A DNA stretch of 64,000 nucleotides from Camelus ferus (Eukaryota). How positions within the stretch are numbered: position 1 is the stretch's first letter; each line of letters starts with the position of its first letter. The notes below the pieces were generated by a model, which did no database searches, was not told the DNA's origin, and saw only the letters and a list, made by a program, of their open reading frames with translations. This document shows positions 1 through 21,900 of this stretch, piece by piece. The stretch covers positions 15,252,001-15,316,000 of the forward strand of contig NC_045714.1 in assembly GCF_009834535.1 (NCBI RefSeq), in the 5' to 3' direction. The position numbers and the translations under genes are program-made.

Positions 1-59
1 GCAGCAGGACCCAGCAGCCTGGGGCCTGTCCCAGCGGGGAGCAGTCCTGGGGCTGCGGG

Positions 60-430
60 GTTCCAATGACGCCTGAGCGGACCCCGTGGGAAGCCGCGTC
101 CTGGCCCCGCGCTGCACCACCCCGCGGCAGCGTCGGAAGCGTCAGGGGCGCTTTATTCCAGAAGCTGGAGGGGCGGGGGCAGGCGTCCGGGGTCTTGCTC
201 TGGGAAACCCGGCAGCGACTCGGTGAGACGGCGCGGTGGGGAGAGCGGGCCGGACGGGGAACCGGGGAGCCCCGGCCCACGAGAGTGAGCTTGGTGTCAC
301 CTCCCTGCACGCGAAGCGGCCCAGCTGGCGAGTGCTCGTACCCTCCGCCGGTCGGGCTCGGGGCCCCTAAGACTCCGGGCTGTCTTGTCCTGGTGGGAGG
401 GACCCGTCGCTGTGGGGCGGCCCCTGTCCC
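60..430. promoter_or_regulatory. CpG-rich island with no associated exon in the window
   Basis: Dense CG dinucleotides in a GC-rich stretch; the density drops after about 430. Confidence 0.5.
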
Positions 431-3287
431 CAGCCCACCCGGCCACCTACCCACTCCAAGTCCCAGGCACTAGGCCCCCTGCCTGCCTCAGGGAGATCCC
501 CTGCTTGGCACCTGATTTCAGCTGCCGATTTCCTAGGCCTCCAGGAGTCCCAGAGGCAGTACCCCCCAGCGCCCCAGACCACGGCTCCCTCCACCGCTGT
601 CCGCTTGCCCCAGCCCCCAGCGCGGGCCCCTTTCTGTCCAGGTGTGAGGTGGCCCAGCGGGCCTGGCCCGGGTCACGCTTGCCTGGGCTCTGCTTGTGCA
701 GGGCCTGGGGGGAGCGCGGTAGCAGTTGGGGGGGAGTCGGAGCCAGTCCCAGCACCCGCCCCCCCGACACATGATGTGGGGGTGGTTCTAGGCCCCCTCA
801 GCTGGAATCCGGTTGGTGACCACATACGCCAAAGGCCCAGCCATCACCAGGCGCCCCAGCGGATGTGTCACTGCTGAAGTCGCCATTGCTCCCAACCCAG
901 TCCCTCCTCGGGCCCCCTCCTGTGGTCACAGACCTAGAACCCCGAGAAGCCTGTCTGACCTAAGCAGGGCTACAATCCATCTGCTGCCCCCTGCTCTGTT
1001 GCTTCACACCTCTGAATCCGCTGCCCCTCCCCTCCTGCTGCCTCCACACCCTCAGCTTGACCTGGGAGAGCCTGAACCGCTCCAGCCTGTTGCATGGTCC
1101 GTGGCTGCCTCCTGCCCCAGGCCTGGCCCAGGGACCTGTGTGGTCACCCTTTTCCCGGGACTCACCCTGGAGTGCTTCGGGCTGCAACGGCTGGGGCCCA
1201 AAAATACAGGGTCTTGCAGGTGCTTCCTGACCCCAGGTGGCCCAGCGAGGCACCGTGACAGGCAGGGCAGAGTCCTTCCTCAGGCCACACCAACCTCCAG
1301 CCCTACTGCTGACCTGCTTAAGTACCTGTGACAGTTGCCCCATGGCAGCTGCTGCTGGAAAAGGGGCAGCACCTCGTGGGCTGACGAACCTGAGATTGAC
1401 CCCGACACACCATTCTCAGGTCAGACAGTCCTGGAGGCACTGCCCTGGGGCAGCTGACCCGTCAGCAGGCATGTTCCTCCTTGAAAACCCTCAACCCTGA
1501 GTCACAGGAGCTTCCGGACAAGTGAGGGAGGGGCTTAGGTCTGCATCCCGCCCACTTGGGAGGCTCCCAGGAGGCCTCCAGGCCACACCTCAGACTGGCA
1601 CCCAAAGGAGCCCAGGTGCCCAAAAGGCCCAGGCGACCACACGGGGCCGCTGGTCCATTCCAGCCTTGGAGCAGTCTGCCAGAGGTTCCTGGGGGTGGGC
1701 TCATCTGTCCCTGGAGGGCACACCACTCGTCTTCTCAGACTGGAAGCCCCTGACGTCTCCAGCTGCCGTGTTCACCGCCGTTCCCAAGAAAGTCTTGGAC
1801 CTTAGATCCTGGTCCTGTTTCTGGGCCTGGGAGGCTCCCTGGGATTGGTCGAATTGCCTCTCCTCCCGGTGGCACCCCAAAGATGCTCCCTCAGAGCTGT
1901 TTGGAAGGTGACCCACTTCCACCACCCCATGGGGTCCTGGCAGGAAATGGCCCAAGAACTCCCGTAAGCTGTGACCTCGTCTGACGAGAGAGCCCCAGCC
2001 TGAGGGGGCAGGGCTCTGCCCTAGGCCACCACTGACCCTCAAGAAGAGGGAGGAAGCTCTCTCCCCACCCTCCAGAGGCTGGTGGCTGAGTGGGGTGCGG
2101 GCAACTGGGCCCTCTCCTTCCGGGCCAGAGGGCCTCGCTCACGCGCGTCCATGGACATGTGCTGGGGGCTGTGGCACAAGCTTGTGCACGTGTGGGTTTG
2201 ACTGATTCTCTGGGAGCCGGTCAGCCTCTAGCTGGACTCAGGGGGGCCCTCCCAGGAATGACCTAGCCCCTGCCGGCTCCTCATGAACTGTTTGCCCCAT
2301 CTCTCACCTGGGAAGATCGGACTGGACAGAATGGCATCGTCCCCACCTGAGCTGGCCCGGCCTGCAGCAGCCTCCAGGCTCCAGGCGCACACACAAGAAT
2401 GAATGAGTGAATGGGGGCCCTGGAGATGTGGGAGAGGGTCCACTCACCAGGTTGGGGAGGAGAGGCCCCTCCTGCTGATGTCGGCCAGTGTTGCTCCTCT
2501 GACCCTGGTGCCCGGCCACCTCTTGGATAAGCTCCCGCCTTTATCTGCTGTCCTTGGCCTGGCCCCAACCCAGTGACTTCCTGTCCCCGCCCCACGACAC
2601 GACCAGCTTTTCCATGACATGGCCTTTGTGAGTTGGGGGAAAAGGAGACCAGTGGGGCAGGAAAGGGGCAAGAGCTGGGCTGCGAGGCGGAGGAGGAGGG
2701 AGATTGAGGGCATCTGCCAGCCCCACTGCGGCAGCCCGGAGTGCACACCTAGCCAGGCCCGCCAGCGTCCTTGCACTCGCGGGGTGCCCTCGCCCAGAGC
2801 AGTGACGGCAGGGCCGGACGTTGTTTCTGACCCTGAGCAGTGTGGCTGGCTCACTCAGGCCCTGGCCAGCTCCCCTGCAACTAGGGTTCCTGCCGGGGGC
2901 CAAGACCAGTTCCTCACTCCCCCTACAGCCGCCCATGCGCCGATTTCCGCCCCCACCCCCATGGGACAGACACGTGGTGGTGAGGAGGGGGAAGTGGCTG
3001 TGGAGGCTGCTGACATCTTTTGAGACCCGGAGCCCAAGTTCCGGGCTAGCTGGCCAGGAGCAGAGCCCAGAGCTGCAGGCCCTGAGCCTGGGCTGCAAGG
3101 AGTCAAATACAAGACCAGGAGCACCTGTTGTGCTGGGAGGAGGGCAGGGCCCAGCAGAGGCCAGGCTCCTCGATCCCTCCCTCCCCACGGTGGCCTCACA
3201 GCCCTAGCGGGCACTGCAAGCCCAGGTCCCAGGCAGGATAGCACTCCAGGGCCCCAGCCAACCCATCACAGCTTCACTTTCAACAGT

Positions 3288-3293
3288 TTTATT
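3288..3293 (-). terminator. UCKL1: UCKL1 poly(A) signal AATAAA
   Basis: tttatt on plus, about 135 nt past the stop codon, in an AT-rich patch. Confidence 0.8.
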
Positions 3294-3426
3294 TCACAAA
3301 ATGTATAGACAAGCTACATTGGCAACACCTTTTTTAATTAAAATAAGTCATCTCTGCTCTGTAAGCTCCAGGAGGCAGGAGGTGGGTGGGTGGGTGGGGG
3401 TGGGGTGAGAAGGCTCCAACGGGGCA

Positions 3427-15266
<11,840 letters not shown>

Positions 15267-15491
15267 GAGCTCGGGGGCCTCTCCGCGGGAGGGGCGGGGC
15301 GGGGCTCGGGGGCCGGCCGCGCAGGCTGCCGGGAGCTGTGGTTCAGCGCTCCGCGCCGAGCGCTCGCCAGAGGGCCCCGCGGACTACAAGTCCCGGGAGG
15401 CCGCGCTACGGCCATGGGAGAAAGGACCCCCAACCCGCGCTTTACCACAAACTCAGACGTACAAAACCCCTGGAAAAAAAATCAATAAACA

Positions 15492-15497
15492 TTTATT
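15492..15497 (-). terminator. ZNF512B: ZNF512B poly(A) signal AATAAA (a second hexamer, ATTAAA, at 15511-15516)
   Basis: tttatt on plus, followed on the minus strand by a U/GU-rich downstream element. Confidence 0.7.
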
Positions 15498-18400
15498 TGA
15501 TACAGTCATTTTTAATACATACAGGTGATGGCCCACCCCCGCACCACTTGGGACCGAGGGGCGGGAACGAGGACCGGGGACAGATGGTCACTAGGCGGGC
15601 AGGGCCCGAGCTCACCGTCAAAACATCTTGCAAATAAACACTTTGTAGATAGAATATATATGTATATATATGGTTACAAGTGATAGCTGGAACCTCTCTT
15701 CGAAATGCACTTATTACGGAGAACTGGCATTAGAAAACCCAAAGTACAGGATGTGTGGCTGCCACGCTGGAGGTGCTGGCTGCCCCCAGGCCCTCAGGGT
15801 AGCTGCCTGGGGCCCTTCGAGGGGGCGCACGAGAACAGGCCCCCTCCCCGAAGGCCAGGGTGCACCCATTCTTTCCCTTCCAAACAGAGAGACAGGAGGG
15901 GGGCGACCACTGCGAGGGCCACCAGTCACACCAGGGGACACTTGTCTGCCCTTGCACAAGCAGAAAAGTGCATCCTATTTGTGTGAAGTGTCGGTCTCTT
16001 GAGTCATCCCTTTCCTGTTCTCAGGGCAAGGGGGTGGGCTGGGCCAGAGGTAGATCTTCAGAAAGGGACCTGACATTGTGCCCTAGGCTTGGGTCTCAAG
16101 CAGAGTCCACGCCCACCTGGTGAGGGGGGTCTGCCACTTGGGTCCCTCTCGCTGAAGGTGTCAGTCAAGGGCAGGTGGCTACCTGGCTGCATTCCCACCA
16201 GTGTGGGAAGTGGGCAGATCCCACTGAGCCACCCAGGGCTCTGCCTCAGTGGGAGGAGGGCTCTGCACACCAGCGAGCCACTGCCACCCACCAGCCAGAG
16301 CAGGGGGAGCAGGGAGGGAAAAGGGAGGGAGAGCCCACTTTTGGCAGCAGTCCCCATGCCCACTTTAAAGACAAAGAAGAGGGTTAAAGTGCTAAACATT
16401 AAGTTACCCAAGATCCCACCTCTTCCCACACATCTCGGAGGGTTCCCGTGCCAGGGACCACACGTGGACTTCAGGGGGTGACAATGAAACTCATCCCCCA
16501 GCCGAAACCAGCCCCTGCTCTCCAAGGGCCAACAAGTACCTGAGAGGCCAGGGTGGGTGGCTGTCCCTAGCAGAGGTGTTGAGGTCCCACCTTCTCCAGC
16601 CCTCGGTGACAAGGACAAAGGGCACGTGGGGCTCCTGCCAGCACCTGCTCCCCGGCCCACAACGAGGCTGCTCCTGCAGTAGCTGCCCAACCCACCTCTA
16701 CCTCCACCAGCTGCACACCAGTGACACCCAGGAACACAGGAAAGCAAGCCCTCTTGCCCCAAAACCCACGCCGCTTGCCTAAGCTTCGATGCTGGACCAA
16801 ACCTCCATCTGCCCAAGCCTCCACCCATGGATCTCATCAGGTGCCAGGGAGTCCACGTCTCTCCCCTCCCCACATATCGGGCCAGGACGGCCTTAGGTCA
16901 GAGCATTCTAACCAAAGGAAGAAGCCGGAGACGGGCAGCATGGCAACTCAGCCCTAGAGCCCTCCTGGAAACTGTCTTCCGAGTGCAGGGTGAAGAGAAC
17001 TGAGCCCACACTGGAGCCCCTCCTCTCCAGGGGCTGGGGGCAGAGGGCTGCCCAGTCAGCACTGCCTCCCTGAGCAGGGGAGGGACCCCAGCCCAGCCCC
17101 CAGAACCACCGTCGGCACCAGGAAACCCTTAGCACCAAAATGTCAGATTGTTGTGAATTTTTGTATAAAAAACAGAATAAAAAAAAGGTTGTCACTTGTC
17201 ACAGCCACAAGACTGGCATCCACTACACCCAGGAGACACACGCACACGGGCAAATATCAAAATTCACATCATCCAGGATCGGCAAGGCCGAGCCCTCAGC
17301 CCACCCCCACCCCCCAGGCTCCATTCAAATTCAGCGGCTCTGAGCATCCCCCGTCCCTGCAATGCCACATCGGAACGTGGGGCCCAGGCAGGAGCCCAGA
17401 ATCCATGGGGCTGCTTCCTCAGGGTGCCTGGACTCCACCTGAACCAACCTGCAGACCTCACCATCCTTGGGGCAGCAGAGGGAGCCAGGACAGAGCCCTG
17501 GAGCTGCCACCACCCTGCTGTGACCTTGGCCAAGCTCCCTTGCCAGCCTTCAGCTCTCATTTCAAAAGGCCACACAACCAGAAACGAAAGAGCAGGTAAA
17601 AAGGGTGCAAGGAGGCGCCCATGGGAGCTTGGCCATGGGCCAACCCAGACCAGCAGGCAGAAGGCTGCTTCCCACAGTGGTCACTACTCAGAGCCAAGCC
17701 CCCATTCCCTGCCCCACATGGCTGTGGGCCCCACATGACTCCAGAACCCAGCCTGGCCCATCCCTAACCCAGCAGGCTGCCCAACCTAGGCCAATGGCAT
17801 TAGCAATGCTGGAGGCTGAGACCAGAGATGGCTTCACGGGGCCCCTCACCACTGCTCCCGCGGCCCTGCAGTGGGAGAAGCAGAGCCGCTCTCTTGCCTC
17901 AAGCAGGGAGCGCTACTGGGGATGGCAGAGCAGGGCTGCCTCCCACCACCGGGCCAGTGGGACAGGGGCTCGGGCCCAGCAAGGGTTGTACAGCAGGGGA
18001 GGGTGGGCCCAGAGAGGTAGAGAGAAGTGCAGGAACCAGAAGATGGCTGGGGGAATGTGGGGGGGTCATGGGAGGAGGGACCTTGGTGGGGGGTTGGGGG
18101 GACGGGTAGGGCTGGATGGGGCGGGGCACAGTTGAGGTGGGAGGTGGAGAGTTGGGAGGGCTGTCAGATCAGCACGGCAGCTGTCAGACTTGGGGTCTGT
18201 CCTGGGAGGTAGCTGTGGGGTGCTGGGGTTCCAGTGTCAGGTCAAGAAGTGAGGCAGCCCAGAACCACAGGGCACCAGGCACTCCCAAGCCTTGGGCCCA
18301 AGGAAGCAGGTAGGGCATGAAGCTCACACACCAAGGGCCAGAAGGCCATCTGCCCGCTCCACGCTGCCCCCAGGGCACTGAGACCCAGGCCACAGGCCCT

Positions 18401-18691
18401 CCTCCTGGCCATCCAGGACCAGACTCTGCCGGCTGGGAACGTCCCTGCAGACTACTGCACCGGGAGCCCCTGCCCGGCAGCCCCAGCCCAGCGTGCCCTG
18501 CAGTGGCCTATACAGGGGAAGGGCCACCTTCGAGGGAGAGAGAGAATGGGCTGGCCGCCCCCACTGGACAGATGAATAGGCAGGGGTGGGGGGTGGAGAC
18601 CTGGAGGATGGGAGGTTCCAGAGCCCCACCCTGGACACAGGGGCTTGGCCAGCGTGGGGACTGGGCCCCACCCACCTGCCAAGCTCCAAGC

Positions 18692-18940
18692 TCACTTCTC
18701 AGGTGCCTTGCTGGCTCCCACCTTCCGGCCAGCGGAGCCCCGGGCCCCCTTGTCTCTGCCTCCTGGGGGCCAGTCGTCCTGGCGAGGAGGTGTCCTGGGT
18801 GCCAGCTCCTCAGGGGGCCGTTCCTTGGGCTTGCGGCCCCGCTTCTTTCCACCAGCCAGACTCTTCTCCTCCTTCTTGGGCACCGGAGAGTCCTGGCCTT
18901 TGTGTCTGGGAGGCGGGTCTGCCGAAGTCCGGAACCAGTT
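18692..18940 (-). CDS. ZNF512B: ZNF512B exon 17 (NWFRTSADPPP...KAPEK*)
   Basis: cag acceptor, TGA stop; 249 nt. Confidence 0.95.
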   Translation of the reverse strand, partial: NWFRTSADPPPRHKGQDSPVPKKEEKSLAGGKKRGRKPKERPPEELAPRTPPRQDDWPPGGRDKGARGSAGRKVGASKAPEK

Positions 18941-21900
18941 CTGGGAGAGAAGAGCAGTGATGGAGAGACTCTGTGGCCGAGGACACCGAAGGGCTGAGCG
19001 GCCGGGGACCCAGGGTCTGGGGCTCCCAAGCCTCTCAGCACTTCCAGGGAAGCCAGATGCCACTTGCTCAAAGACCACACGAGCTGCCACCCGGACACCC
19101 CTCACCCAGCCTGGCCCCTCCATGGGGCCAACTGGTCTAGCCACAGGCCCAGCAGGGCTCTCACGCCAGGACCCCGTCCCTGCCCCACCTCCGCGTGGGT
19201 CTTGAGGATGTGGTACTTGACGCCGCTCTCTGAGCCGAACTCCTTGGGACACAGCAGGCAGCAGTACTTCCCCACCAGGTGGTCCCCCTGGAAGGCAAGG
19301 GGCAGTCTGGCCCCAGAGGTTGGCGCCCACCCCAGCCCTTGGAGGACCAGAAGTACCCAGATGTAGCCAGGACCCCCCACCTACCCCTTTGGCTACAGGG
19401 TCAGGGGCAACTGCAGCTTATCTGGACAGGTAGCCAATGGGCGGGCTTCAGGGACCCACAAAGCCACTCTGGCAGGGCCACCAAGTTGCCCTGATGCGGG
19501 GGAGGAGAGGGACGAGGAGAGGGTAGGGAGAGGCAGGTGTCCCAGGGAATGCCCTCACCCCAAGCCCAGGTCGGTGTGCCCACCTGTCCCGGTACAGACA
19601 AGGAACCCCCATGGCGGGACAACAACCCAGGACTGACTGGCCAACAGCTAGGGCTCGGGGTGGTGCGGGTCCTGGGCTGGGTTGGCCATTAGCCCCACAG
19701 GGGCAGGGCGCACACCCAATGTGTGGGGACCCCAGGGGGAGCTGGGAGCACTGAGGACACATCGTGCCCAGGAGAGGGCCTGTGGACTGACCTTGCTGCA
19801 GCTGGCCAGATGGGCCTTGAGGCCAGACACACTGGAGTAGATAGCTTCGCAGCACTGGGGGCAAAGGGCAACCATCGGGGAGGGCCTTCCTGGAGGTACC
19901 CCCACACAAATGGACACTCCTTGCTCCAGCCTTTGGGACCTGGGGTCCCTCTGGGGCAAGTGGCAGGCTTGACCCCAGGAGTCATGAGGTGTGGGCAGGC
20001 CAGGCTATGAGGACTGAGGTCGAGGCCTCTCAGCCTGCAAGATTCCATCTGAGGCCCCTGTGGGGGCCACGTGGAGGGCTCCCCTCCAGGCCACATCTGG
20101 GCCCTCCATCCCAACTCCCAGTGTCCACAAGCCCACCCCAGCCTCCCCAGCTCACATCATTGGGGCAGTTGACATGGCCCTTCTCCTTGACCTCGTTCTT
20201 CCACGCCTCCAGCAGCTGGGGGTTCAGCACAGGGAGGCCTGGCCGAGTGTAGTTGAGCTGCAGAAGCCAACGGGCACCAGTGTGAGCGCCAACCGACATG
20301 TCCAGCTGCTCTGAGAAAGTCCTCAGCTGGGTCCTCCATGGACCGGAGGCTTGCCCAGGGGGTGAGCAGACAGCCCAGTCACAGGGGGCTTCAGGCTGGG
20401 GCATGTCCTGCTCAGAGACCAGGAGGCTGTGGCTCACCCTCGCGGTCTCAGGCACCAGGTCATCCTTCATCCGCCGCTTGGTCCAGTCCCGGGCCAGCTC
20501 ATCCTCCGCGATCTCCTGCAGGTGGAACACGGCAACCTGGGCCGACGTGCGGCGGATGCGGCCACTGGGGGTCCGCTCGACACCCAACAGGTCCTCAGCC
20601 TCGGAGGGCTTGTCCTCGGGCTCCTCAGGGGGCTGCAGGGTGAGGAGGCCAGGTGAGCCACAGGAGCCACGCGCTTGGAGGTGTGGGGACTGGGGGCACA
20701 TGCCACAGAGAGGGAACACATGAGCAAGCATGCTGGGGACACGGGGGCCCATCCAGGCTCACTGCCCCGGTACAGGTGGCTGGCAGGAAGGGAAGGGACT
20801 GCAAACGCAGTAGGCAGCAGATGGACATGTCTGCCCAGTGCCCGAGGGATGGGGGAGCCGGGCTGCGGCCGCTCACCGGGGCCATGTGCTCTGAGCGCAC
20901 GTGGTAGTCGTGGCCAGCCTTGGAGCGGTAGGTCTTGCCGCAGTGGGCGCAGGGGAAGGAGGGGCTCTCCACCTCACAGGGCGGTTTCCCGCAGCGTCGC
21001 TGGTGGTACTGGTAGCCCATGAGGCTGGAGAAGGCGGCCCCGCAGCCCTAGGGTTCCGGGGTCAGGTAAGTGGCCAGTGAGGGTCGGCCGCATCCTACAC
21101 GGTGCCCACACCCGGGCTGCCCACTGACCTCCTGCGGACAGCGCAGCCGCCCCATCTGCTTCAGCACTTTCCGCAGCCGCTCCCGCTCCTCCTGCTCGCT
21201 CCCCTCTGAGGCCTCGGCATCCGAGGGCTAGGGGGCAGGCCCAGCCTCAGTGCCCCCTGCCCCCACAGGACCCCTGTCCCGCGGCTGGGGCACGGGCATC
21301 CCCGGTCAGGTATGGGAGCCACTAAGCCCTGCAGTGGTGTGCTGACGAGAGGTGAGTGGTCAGTGCTGGGCAGGTGGGTGGGTCGGAAAACAGCGGTCAG
21401 TGGGCGGGGCTGGAAGGCAGCTGGGCCCACTGGTGTACCTTGGCGCTGTGCTCAGCCATGGTGTGGTAGTTGAGGCCGGCCTTGGACTTGAACTGCTTCC
21501 GGCAGTGCTGGCACTTAAGTGCATCCTGCAGCTGCAGCCAGGACCCACCTGTGAGAAGCTGGCCCCGGGGTGCCCCCTCCCGGCACTCTGGGGGCAGCCT
21601 TACCTTCTGGCACACTTCCATGTGCTTTTTGAGCCCCACGAGGGTCTTTCGGGTGACCACATTGCAGGTGGGACAGACAGCCTCACCTCGTTCGTGGATG
21701 GCTCGTTGCCACTGCTCCTCAGGGCCACCTGTAGGGTCAGAGCCAGAGCCTCAGGGCCCACACTCAGCCTCCGTCCCTGTGGTTCAGGATCTGCCCCACA
21801 GTCGAGACCTGGCCTGGGCCCCACCACATGGCAGCCCCCACCTGGGGCTGGGTGGGCCACAGGGGCCGGCACCTCCTTGCTGACAGCGCTGGTGGGGGCC

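Noticed and set aside
2174-2187. Perfect 14-bp palindrome gcacaagcttgtgc
   Set aside because: One of this length is not surprising in 64 kb and it has no supporting context.
1-3260. DNAJC5 exons expected by synteny
   Set aside because: No J-domain or cysteine-string coding sequence was found; ORFs here are GC-rich noise.
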